Assembly (NCBI RefSeq): GCF_018350175.1
Contig: NC_058368.1
Span: 234,052,001 to 234,116,000 of the forward strand
Direction: 5' to 3'
DNA from: Felis catus
Taxonomy: Eukaryota
DNA: 64,000 bases
The notes under the pieces were generated by a model, which was not told where the DNA came from, searched no databases, and saw only the letters and a program-made list of their open reading frames with translations. A program made the translations under genes and the position numbers. Positions within the stretch are counted from its first letter, which is position 1. Each line of letters begins with the position of its first letter. Positions 24,655 through 35,830 of the stretch are shown in pieces.

Positions 24655-24790
24655 TTCCTTCATCTCATTCCTTCATTCATTCAATAAATACTTCCTGAGC
24701 ACACATTTTATGACAGGCACTGCGTGATACACTGAACATGAGATCGTAAACAAGACAGACTTTGCCTGGATCTTACGTAGATCCTGGAAG
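24655..24790 (-). mobile_element. L2 3' end
   Basis: CATTCATTCAATAAATACTTCCTGAGCAC..CAGGCACTG..AACAAGACAGAC. Confidence 0.8.
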
Positions 24791-24961
24791 CCCGTCTGTG
24801 AAGGACAGAGAAAGAGTAAGTGCAGGACGGGGTCGTATTTATTTAAGATGGAAAAGTGGAAAATGTTTACACACCTTTGGAGAGGAGCCAGTAGCCGGGC
24901 ATACGTATACAATGCCTCAGATCCAAAGCTTTGAAATTAAAACTCTGTCTCTATACACCCA

Positions 24962-25000
<39 letters not shown>
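24962..25000. repeat. (AAT)n microsatellite, ~13 units
   Basis: Directly visible. Confidence 0.95.
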
Positions 25001-25001
<1 letters not shown>

Positions 25002-25009
25002 GCTATTAT

Positions 25010-25089
25010 TGTTTTAAATGTTTGTTTATTTATTTATTTTGAGAAAAGAGTGCACTCATGTGCACAAATGGGGAAGGGGCAGAGAGAGA

Positions 25090-25120
<31 letters not shown>

Positions 25121-25287
25121 CAAGCATGGGAGGGGCAGAGAGACAGAGAGAGAGAGATAATCCCAAGCAGGTTCCACGCTGTCAGCAGAGAGCCCAATGT
25201 GGAGCTCGAACCCACAAACTGTGAGATCATGACCTGAACCCAAACCAACAGTCGGATGCTCAACTGACTGAACCACCCAGGTGCCCC
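25010..25287 (-). mobile_element. Can-SINE with duplicated GA/GGGGCAGAG segment
   Basis: T tail to CCACCCAGGTGCCCC. Confidence 0.95.
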
Positions 25288-28200
25288 CAAATTATTATTT
25301 TTAAATGGTCGAACTCTTCCCAGGACGAACTATTTCAGTTTGTCATTTCAAAGAAGAAGGAGAAGAAGAGGTGAGTGGAACAGGACTAGAGGAGGAAAGG
25401 GCAGGCTCAGCACTTGGGAATTTGGCAGTTTGCTCTATGACATAACCTCTCGTGTAAAAGGCCAGAAGCCAAAAGAGGTTTTATTAGAATCAGAACGTTC
25501 CCCGCTTAGCGCGATCAGCAGTGCTGCTTGGAACCAGGCACACTGTGAGCTGAGGTGGTGCCATGTTCTTCCCGCGTTTTGACTGCAGGTTGGGAGCAAA
25601 TGGGTGCGTCTGAAAAATCCCCACACAGCCTATCTTCAGCTCTTCTCTCAGTCTCTCATTGCAGGGCTAGCCTGAGACCTCACCCTTCCAGAAACAGAGG
25701 ACGTCGTCCCCTTCAAAGTAATATTCCTTAAAGACGAACAAACAGAGAAATAAAAATGTTGTGGATGTTGCTTTGAGGCTGAGCGTCACGCAGAGGAAAA
25801 GAGAAAGATGGGCCCAGGGCTGGGGCTCCACTTGCCCACTAAGACCTCCGTCCCCCACGCTATCCGAGGGCTTCCAGGGCCCGGCCATCTGGCAACATCA
25901 ACACCAGCAGGTCCCACCCCAAGCAGCTTGTTCAAATATTCCTTCTGTCCACCCCTCCTGCTTTCTGGGGAGAGTTCTGGTGAAGCGAGCTGTCAGCACT
26001 GTTACTCTTACCGGATATCCCGCCAGGCTGGTGGCAGGTCAGCAGCCTCGTGTGGTCTCCACAGGCCTCTGCCTTACAAGGCCACCCCTCAACCAGTATA
26101 TGAGCCCGTGTCCACGTCATGCTCTCAGGGTCACCGTAGGTTCTACCGATAACTAGGACTCACTCTGTTCCTGCCCACATTTGACGTTCCGTGCGTGCCT
26201 TTGTGACATCAAGCATTAAAGGCCCTTGTGAAAATGCATGTGTATTATTTGGTATGAATCACACGTGGAAGCATGGTCAGTCGTGAAGATAATATCCCAA
26301 TTAGTATTTTGACTACTCAGTCCATCAACAAACATTTGAACTCCTACCACCAGTCCTAACAAAACTGAGCATAAGATGGACAGGTTTTGGAAAGGACAAG
26401 GAAGAGGACTGTGGGGGCACCTTGGTGGTGGAGTCAGGAGTCTCCTTGGCAACACTGGAAACAGTGGGGGAGGGGAAAGAACGAGTGGTCGGAACATTAA
26501 AAACTGGTTACTAATACCTTGGGAGATCCGAAATAGAGAATCAGGCTGGGTGCATTTAGAAAAACGTGTTGTTTGGTGCTCATTCTCTATGTTCTTCACT
26601 TGCTATAATAAAAATCACAGGATTTTACGTGAAAAGTGATTCATTTGATCTTAGTACCCATGGATTTTATGAGGACATAGTGTAAGTTTTGTGGGGTTTC
26701 TTTAACAAGCGTTAAAGGGATATGGAAAAAAATTGTAAGATGAAATACTTCACAATGAGGTCATGGCTTCTACTTTTCAGGGAAAATGTCAACCCTCTGC
26801 CTTGGTTCTTTTCCTCTGAAACAAGGCTGCTTTGCCGATTTGCATTGGAAACAGAGCTGGAGGGACGGTTCCCTTCTCTCACAATATCCTACATTGGGAA
26901 ATTGAGATAAAAAGGGGACGTCTTTCCTGCAACATTTTAAAACAAGTGTGCATGCACTTGCCCGCTTTTCATAAAGACGTTTCTAGAAAATGCAGATCTA
27001 AGATCCGAGGTGTCCCGTGGCAAATGAGGATTCCCTCAGCCATGAATGTTGAAGTCCCATTCAAGAAAATAATTCGTGTTCATTGACTTTTTTTCTGTGA
27101 AAGGTATTTAACGTTGATCTTTTCAATCATGTCCTCGAAGAGGTAGCTGGGCAGGGAGGTGGTTTCTAGCGCCTTTCTCCGCCACCAGGGGGAATTGTCT
27201 TATGGCTTCTGAGTTGTGTGAAGGGCCAGCCTACGAGGAGCAGAGAACTAATCAGTCCCCCATGACCTTGGAGAGGCACTGGCCATCTGGCCCGCTCACT
27301 CTGGAAACCTGCAGGCCAGACGGCGGGCTGCTCCCTGCACAGAGACCTGCTTTCGTCTTCACTGGGAAGGAGCCTGATTCTTCTGAATTTCAATTCCTTG
27401 TGGGTGCTGCCTCTTCCAGCCTCAGTGGGGAGATGCCCCTGTCTCGTGCAGTGAATGGCAAATAAACTGTCTCCTGTCTACTGCTCCTTATATCTCTAAA
27501 ATTCCTTGGGAAAGAGAGTATCTCTAGATCGCAAACTGTTTTTTAACAGGCAGGCCGCTGAGCTGTTTAGGCCCAATATGACATTTCTCTTTTGTAGACA
27601 TGACTTTCCTCATGGGGTAGTTTTATTCATGGGGTAATTTTATTTCCCTCCACTTTACCCCATTAACACGGCAGACACTGCCAATTCCGAATAGGTTCCC
27701 ATGCGAGTATTTTCCCTTCTCTCAAAAAAAAAGAAAAAGTGTTGTTATAGGTAAGCTACAAGGGCATGCAACAACGCACTTCCCACTTTCTCCCACATCC
27801 GCCACCTAACCTGGTGTGCCTGTGCACGCTCACCCACCCATGTGCAGGCTCATATGACACTCACATGCAGGTGCGTGCGTACACACACACACACACAGAC
27901 ACACACCTTGTTGAGGAGAAGAGGAAAAAGAAGGAACAAAAAGAGAAAAGAGGAGAGACAGCATCCATCCTGGACTGGCATTGGGTAAGATGCTGTCAGA
28001 GGCAGGAAAGAGAATGTTTGATAACAGCGACTGAGTCAGCGCATATATTTCTCCTCTAACGAGGAATCTGGAGGTAGATACTGCCTGGTGTTAGTTTAGG
28101 GGCTCACTAATGTCAGGGGCGTCCCGCACGGCAGGACAGCTCCACTCATAGCTGTAGCGGGACCACATTTGTGCACGAAAACATGGGTAAGGGATCGCCC

Positions 28201-28702
28201 CAGCTCTGGTTTCTCCTTCCTCCCTTCTAGTTTCCTCTCATCTCTCATCAGCAAGACCTAGACTGTCTGGTCCACCCAGGTACCAAGGAGGATGGAAAGC
28301 GAGTGTCTCACCCGGGGTAGGCACGTTACTGACCCAAGCAAACTCAAGTAGCACTGTCAGGAAGGACGAGAGGGCCCCTGGCAGGCAGCTAGCTCTCCCT
28401 GGTGACACTCCCGCGGCACCTGCTCTGCCCCACCCACCTCCCTGGTTCCTCGTCAACCACGCCACCACCCTGCCCAATTTGGACTTCCAGATTCCTGGTA
28501 AACTATATGGGCTCATTTATGTCGACTTCACGAGCCAATCACTGTGCATAAGAGAAACTCTCATGTGAACTTTTGGAGTATAATCATATGCACATTTTGG
28601 AATGTCTGCCTTTTAGTTACAGGACAGGGGTCCAGAGTCAATTTGTGAAGTAGCAAATGCATTTCCCTGTTTTACATAGTTGTCCATAATTAAGAATCTA
28701 TG

Positions 28703-28893
28703 TATTTTTTTTAACATTTATTTTGAGAGAGAGAGAGCGCAAACAGGGGAGGGACAGAGACAGAGGGAGAGAGAGAATCCCAAGCAGGCTCTGCAGAGCC
28801 CAACATGGGTCTCTAAACTCACAAACTGCAAGATCATGGCCTGAGCCAAGATCAAAAGTCAGATGCTTAACTGATTGAGCCACCTAGGTGCCC
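28703..28893 (-). mobile_element. Can-SINE (first of tandem pair)
   Basis: Flanked by GAATCTAT at 28694 and 28896. Confidence 0.93.
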
Positions 28894-28905
28894 ATGAATC
28901 TATAT

Positions 28906-29148
28906 ATATTTTTAAGTTGATTTGTTTTGAGAGAGAGGGAGAGAGAGAGCGAGAGAGCAAGAGAGAGCGAGAGAGCGAGAGAGCAAGAGAGCGAGAGCGA
29001 GAGAGAGAGAGAGAGAGAGAATCCCAAACAGGCTCCTCACTGTCAGTATGGAGCCCCACACAGGTCTCGATCCTATGAACCGTGAGATCATGACCTGAGT
29101 TGAAATCAAGAGCAGGACACTTAACCAAATGAGCCACCCAGGTGCTCC
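28906..29148 (-). mobile_element. Can-SINE (second of tandem pair)
   Basis: Flanked by GAATCTAT at 28896 and 29150; (GAGAGC)n tract. Confidence 0.93.
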
Positions 29149-29860
29149 AGAATCTATAGGTCTTGTGAGTACACTAGTATTTCTGATGATTGTACAATTC
29201 CTTTCCTGGTACCAATTGCCATTGTAAGAACTAATTTTAGTAGTAAGAAAAAAAATAAAACTAGACACATATAAAACTGAATCATTAGGGGAAAAAAAAG
29301 ACAGTTACTCAAATAAACCTAATTATTTGATAAATAGAAATATTTTTAATCTTTTGACTGTCTTGAATTTTTAATGAATGATATTTATGAATTTTCCTCT
29401 TAGGTTAAAAAAAAGTATTGATTATTAAAACTGGCTTCTTAAAATAGCAGAACTATATTCAATGACTCTGAATTATAAACCTGTAGGTAAGATTGTCTAT
29501 CAGCAAAGGAAAAGTCACTGAAACAGAAAAAAGAGTCTTGGTCATTTTTAGTACTATTCATTTCTTCATGAAACCAGAAAAGCTAAAAAAAATAAGCAAA
29601 ATATCTCTATACAACTCTTTTCTCCAAAGATATGTTTCCCAAAAAAGAACAACTCAAAGCTATAAATAGTCAAGTGCGGTCTGTCTTCTGTCTTGGGAAA
29701 TGCACATGTACCAACTGATGTTTTCCGTGACAGCAAATGTCTCTTTTCTTTGTATCTTTTATGTTTTGCAAGTCTTTGTTTTACGTGATGGTTGGGTTGG
29801 TGGTCCCCATATCACTATAGTTAATCAGTAGTTAAATTAGAGTCAAGAGATCATATTTGT

Positions 29861-30324
29861 GGGGCGCCTGGGTGGCTCAGCGGGTTAAGCGTCTGACTTC
29901 GGCTCAGGTCCTGATCTCGAGATTCATGAGTTTGAGCCCTGCGTCGGGCACTGTGCTGACAGCTCAGAGCCTGGAGCCTGCTTCAGATTCTGTGTCTCCC
30001 TCTCTCTCTCTGCCCCTCCCTCATTCGCTCTCTTTCTCTCAAAAATAAACATTAGGGGTGCCTGGGTGGCTCAGTCGGTTAAGCGTCCGACTTGGGCTCA
30101 GGTCATGATCTCACGGTTTGTGGGTTCGTGCCCCGCGTCAGGCTCTGTGCAGACAGTTCAGAGCCTGGAGCCTGCTTCAGATTCTGTGTCTCCCTCTCTC
30201 TCTGCCCCTCCCCTGCTCATGCTCTGTCTCTCTCTGTCTCAAAAATAAATCAAACATTAAAAATAAATAAATAAATAAATAAACATTAAAAAATTTTTTT
30301 AAAAGATTTTTTCATTAAAAAAAA
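29861..30324 (+). mobile_element. Can-SINE (outer), with a second SINE in its tail
   Basis: Outer TSD AAGAGATCATATTTG/AAGAGATTATATTTG. Confidence 0.93.
30055..30276 (+). mobile_element. Can-SINE (inner)
   Basis: Inner TSD AAATAAACATTA on both sides. Confidence 0.93.
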
Positions 30325-30617
30325 AAGAGATTATATTTGGCAATTGATGCACTCAGAAAAGTATGTTAGGTGTACCTAACAGAGTTTAAAGTGTTCAGTT
30401 CCTACAAATTGACATTTGCTTCGCAGCCTTCTTTATCACACAATGCCTGGAGTATGTGGTAAGTGTGTTCATTGGAGCGTTCTTGAAACATAAATTAACA
30501 CTATTCAAATAGACTAAATCGATAATGGCATGTATTTGCCAATTTTACTCCTTATTGAAAACCTGGTTAGTCAAAGCCAGGAGAATATGAAAGGTCATCA
30601 AAGAAAAGGCCTCTGTG

Positions 30618-30853
30618 AGAGGTGCCTGGTTGGTTCAGTCGGTTAAGCATCTGACTTCGGCTCAGGTCATGATATTGTGGTTCGTGTGTTTGAGCCCCGC
30701 GTCGGGCTCTGTGCTGACAGCTCAGAGCCTGCAGCCTGTTTCAGATCCTGTGCCTTCCTCTCTCTCTCTCTCTCTCTCTCTCTGCCCCTCCCCTACTCAC
30801 ATTCTGGGTCTCTCTCAAAAATAAATAAACATTTTAAAAGTTTTAAGAAAAAA
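30618..30853 (+). mobile_element. Can-SINE
   Basis: TSD AAGAAAAGGCCTCTGTG/AAGAAAAATCCTCTGTG. Confidence 0.95.
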
Positions 30854-31569
30854 AAGAAAAATCCTCTGTGGAGATATCATGTCGATACGCACATTCATTT
30901 GCTTCTGGCCACCTAATAATTCTTATTCGTAAGTCATTAAATCTAAACCTAGAATTATTTTAACATAAGGCATGTTGAGTATATGACCTGACCATGATTA
31001 TTTTCTCTAGCCATACTATCCAGATCAGCACTTGATAGGATAGTTTTGTAAGCTGGAAGCCTTCAAATCCTTGACCTATCAGAAATTTAGATATGTCATT
31101 GTTTTCATGAATTATTACATCTTCCAAATTTTTCCCTGGCAATGAGAGAAATCATTTCTTGTGGAAATTGTCATTTTTATATGAAAACAATATCCATAAC
31201 TATGAAGATGGAAAGTGAAAAAGTAAAGGCTGATCAAAGTAACTTTTATTCTAATACTCTACAATTAAAATAGGACAATTGAATCCATGAGTCCCATTCT
31301 CTCATCCTTAAAGTGGGAATGCAAATACTTTTTTCATGTATTTGTTGGATGATAGAACGAGATAGTGTAGAAAGAGTATTATGTAAATCTCTTCATAGTT
31401 CATAGTTAGAACCTCTAAACAGAACCAGATGCTGTTGGTTAAATCCAGTGGGGATTACTGGGAATTTTCATTTTCTTCTTTATGATTTTTTTTTTACAAT
31501 TTATGTGTATTACTTTTACAGTCATCAAAGTTGACATAATCCATTTTGAAATGCACATTAAACGCAACT

Positions 31570-32596
31570 ATATGGACAATGAAATAGAATACTGAGCCAA
31601 GAAACAAACCCATTCATTTGTAGTCAACTGGTCTTAGGCAAGTTTATCAAGAGTACACAATGGAGAAAGAGTAGTCTCTTCAACAAATAGTGTTGGTTAA
31701 ACTGGATATAACATGCAAAAGAATGAAACTGGACCCTTATCTGACACCGTACACAGATGTCAACTCAAAGAGGATTAAAGATTTAAACATAAGACCTGAA
31801 GAAATTCCTAGAAGAAATTATAATTTGCTAAAAGAAATTATAAATTCCTATAAAAATATAAAGTAAAACCTCCATGACAGCAGTCTTGTCAGTGATTTCT
31901 TGGATATGGTATAAAAAGTATCAGCAACCAAAGCAAAATTAGGCAAATGGGTCTGCATCAAATCAAAAAGCTTCTGCACAGGAAAGGAAATGATCATCAA
32001 TGGAATGGAAACACAACCTACAGAATAGAGGAAAATATTTGCAAAGCATATATCTGATAAGAGATTAATCTCAAAATTATATAAGGAACTTGTACAACTC
32101 AATAGGGGGAAAAAAACCCCAAATACCTCAATTTAAAAAAAATAAGCAAAGGATTTGAATAGACATTTATCCAACGAAGAAATACAAATCACTAGTAGGC
32201 ATATGAAAAGATGCTCATTATTACTAATCATCAGAAAAATGCAAGTCAAAACTACAGTAAGATATCATCTGATACATGTTAGGATGGCTGTTATCCGAAA
32301 AAAGATAACAGGTGTTGGCAAGGATGTGGAGAAATTGGGCCCCTGTGCTTATTTGAACCATTGGTGGGGACGTAAAATGGTGTAGCCACTGTGGAGAATG
32401 ACATGGAAGTTCCTCAAAAAGTGAATAGAATTAGCATATGATCCAGCAACCTCATTTCTAAGTGTGTATCCAAAAGAATTGAAATCAAGATAGCAAAGAG
32501 ATGTGCGCACCTCTGTGTTGACTGAAACATTATCCACGATAGCTAAGGCATGGAAACAATCTAAAAGTCCAACAACAGTTTAATGGGCAAAGAATG
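31570..32596 (+). mobile_element. L1 (L1MA/Carn-type) ORF2 3' fragment, missing its 3' UTR
   Basis: Colinear with the window L1 at ~4350-5325 (AAAAGCTTCTGCACAG, AATAGACATTTATCC, GATCCAGCAA); ends abruptly at a rearranged junction. Confidence 0.92.
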
Positions 32597-32629
32597 TTAA
32601 GCATTCTAAGCAAAGAATGTTAAGACCCT

Positions 32630-32812
32630 GTTAAGCATCTGGGTCTTAACTTCGGCTCAGTTCATCATCCCAGGGTCATGGGATCAAGCCCTGCATTGGG
32701 CTCTGTGTTGAGTGTGGAGCCTGCTTGGGATTCTCTCTCTCCCCCTCTCTCTCTGCTCCTCCCCTGCTTGCGCACCCTAAATAAACAAACAAATAAATTA
32801 ATAATAATAAAA
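32630..32812 (+). mobile_element. Can-SINE lacking its first ~22 nt
   Basis: Begins at GTTAAGCATCTG; CT tract and A-rich tail; no TSD. Confidence 0.9.
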
Positions 32813-34129
32813 ATTATACCTCTTTTAGCCCAAGAAAGGGAGAACAATCGTTGTTGACAATGTGAGCTCAGGAACCAAAAGCTCCAGAAAAGATGTTGAG
32901 TAAATTGTTTAACATCCTCATATGTAAAATTTATGTAGTGATAGTTTATATCATAGATAGCTATGATCATTAAATAGATTTAACCATGTCATGAGTTTTA
33001 TGCTTTGTCAACACATAGTAAGTTCTCAATAAAAATTGAGTTCCTAACTGCCTCCTATGAAATTAATTTTGTTAGTCATGCTACTATCCTTCCCTGCACT
33101 CCTGAATTGTATGCACCGAAGATGAAATAGAATAACAACAAGTTATATGATAAACCACACAGGGAGCAGTGCTAACAGGTCAAACAGTGTGAGCACGTTG
33201 TCCTTATGAAACTCTCAGCTGTCCAGATTCCAGAGTAGTAAGGTGCCCTTTCTACTTTAAACAAACAGGTGACTCCCCACGGAAGGTTGAATGCACTTTA
33301 GATGAAGGAGTACACGGAAGTATGATCGATGAAGCATACTTCTAATCCTGAATTTGGAAGGATAAAATGGAGCTCTTTGGAAATCGCATGCTAGCTCTCC
33401 AGTTCAGCATAGGGCCCGAGCCAGCGATGGAGAATGGATTTAGTTTGATGGCCCTCTGTGCCCTACATCTTAGAAATTCTAAATGATGAGGCAAGGGAAT
33501 CAACAACTGGTGAAGCTCAGCCTCTGTTACACTCGATGATCCAGACCCATTATTGCATCTTTCTCAGATTTGTCTCCCAGATGCATTCTCTCCCATGTCC
33601 TAGGAGCTTAAGTCTGGTCACGGGTGAGTCCTTGGGCTCATCCTCTCCTTCACCCGCACAACCTGGCCTCTAGACCAAGGTTTTCTTCTTGAGCCCTCTG
33701 TCTTTTCATGGAGATAATTAATATTGAACTGTACTTTGGTTTTTCTTCATCTCATTTAAGAAGAATTGGATTGTTCTTGTCACACTTCTTAAATTTGAAA
33801 CACTCTCTATGGTGATTTTAATAATCTTTTGCCGCTTGCTTGAAAGTAATTTTTAACATTCAAAGGAGAGAGAAAATGGATGTGACCGTTCTGCAAAACA
33901 GGTAAAAGTGAAGTCCTGTTATAGCTTAATTGACACCAACTAGTTAGGAAAAGGACCAAGGATTTTTTCCCCATAGCTTTGTATGTGTTTCAGCAAAATT
34001 GACGTAAGAAGTCCTATTCAAGAATATAATTGGGATGACAAAAATCCAGGGGACTGATGACATTTTCAAGGTCATTGTAGAAGACTGAGGGAAAAGTCTG
34101 AATACCAATTCTTTGCCACCCTGTGGGAT

Positions 34130-34620
34130 ATGGATCTCTGCCAACACCTCCAGCCTACTCTTCCCTCTTCCCTTTTGGACACCCCCTGCCTCCTTTCTAT
34201 GATTCAAAGAAACCAGGACACTCCCATCTCAGAGCCTTTGTAGATGCTCTCCCCTCCACCTGGGATTCTTTTTTCCACACTCTTCACATCTTTTTATGCT
34301 ATGGGTCTCCTCTCTAATCTCACTTCTGCAGAGGTCTTAAACTGTCTGTCTTTCCAAGCAGCCCTCAGCCAGTACCAGTATTCTCTCTCAGCTCTCCTTG
34401 GACATTATCTTCACATCTTTGGCCAACAAATGTTAATACAGTATATATTTATTCTCAATTCTGTAATTACGATTGTGTGCCACTTCTCTTCTTGTCCTTG
34501 AGTCAACTTTCCATGAAGTGTCTTTATTGTCCTCCCATGTTTCAGCACCTAGATAGTACCGAGCCACAGATAGTACTAATAAATATTTGCAAAATGGATA
34601 AATAAATGAATAACGAAATG
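34130..34620 (+). mobile_element. L2 3' portion
   Basis: CTCAGAGCCTTTGTAGATGCTCTCCCCTCCACCTGGGAT..CAGCACCTAG..AATAAATATTTGCAAAATGGATAAATAAATGAAT. Confidence 0.8.
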
Positions 34621-34767
34621 AACTCTATGTTCATTGACTACTGATGATTCAGAACCAGCAATTGAAGTGCCCTTATAGGCAAACATGACGACGTGTCTGG
34701 TGACATTCACATGCCATAATATTTTAAGCAAAATAATTTGAAGACTGATGCCATCGTTGGATGATTT

Positions 34768-34817
34768 ATTTCTTCACGTATGTTCAAAATTCATTTCTTC
34801 ACGTATGTTCAAAATTC
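34768..34817. repeat. Perfect 25-bp tandem duplication
   Basis: ATTTCTTCACGTATGTTCAAAATTC x2. Confidence 0.97.
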
Positions 34818-35619
34818 ATATGTACCTTCCGTCTGTCTCTGAACCACACACAGTATTTTCAGAGTTACTCACTGTCCAAGTTCCCTTCAAGGGGAGTAGC
34901 CTGGGCAGCGTTGTAGAGAAGTTAAGAGGATTTATAACCTGAAGTCTGAAAGCCCACCTTCCCAGTCAGATCCCATGTTGGACTGTCATGAACCCATCCA
35001 TATCTTTTTTCTGGCTTTATATCTATAGAAATTTGGGGACTGGAATATCTGAGCTTCTCAAGATCCTCACTCAGCAATGGACAGGACTATAAGGACACAT
35101 TCCATCTGCTGACGTCTTTCTCAGGCAGACCAGAGTTGGGGCATGCCTGTCTCCCCTCAGGGACTTGACATATGGGTCATCTCCAGTGAGCATCTAACAA
35201 AGGGTCTTATCACCAGTGCTGACAAGCCTCAAGAGACAGCATTCCAGGCCATGGCTCTGCGTGTGGTAAGTATCTCTTCTGCCCTTTCGGGGTTAGATTA
35301 CCTTGTGTGTACTTTCTGTGTTTGTAGCTAGCCGCTTGTCCCCAAACATTCTGGTCTGATGGTATTTACATTCAGAACTCATATTACATATTTAGGGTAA
35401 AAATCATGATTACCAATAGAGTAAAATAATGTAAAACTGCAATTTATGTATGTATATACACATACTACATAGATATCTGTGCCTGCAAATATGTATAAAC
35501 AATGTTAGGAAAAATATTTTCTTGCATACCAGTGAAAAAATTTAGATTGATTTAATATTCAGTAGTTTCGCTATTTGGCTCATTTTAATTTCCAAAACAA
35601 AGTTCAGAGCTTTCTAGAA

Positions 35620-35830
35620 TTTCAGTGGTTGGGGTCAGAGAGCACAGTCCCTGGGACTCTTTCACCTAGGTTTAGATCCCAGGCCTCTCTCTTCTGGACT
35701 ATGATCTTGGGCAAGCATTTTATCTTCTCTGAGCCTGAGTTTCTTTTTGTTTAAAATGGGGATAATGATAGCACCTACCTCATATGTTTGCTTTAAGATC
35801 TAAATAAGTTAATGGTTGTAAATTTAGTAG
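35620..35830 (+). mobile_element. MIR SINE
   Basis: TGATCTTGGGCAAGCATTTTATCTTCTCTGAGCCTGAGTTTC..AAAATGGGGATAATGATAGCACCTACCTCATA. Confidence 0.9.

Noticed and set aside
20942..32812. Run of six minus-strand SINEs followed by four plus-strand SINEs as a transcription-direction signal
   Set aside because: Overall about 17 plus versus 12 minus. The runs include nested or tandem copies and are not convincing.
35251..35265. MALRV as the start of a known gene (e.g. CCNB1 or ITGAM)
   Set aside because: Five residues are not diagnostic, there is no CpG-island promoter, and no matching downstream exons were found in the window.
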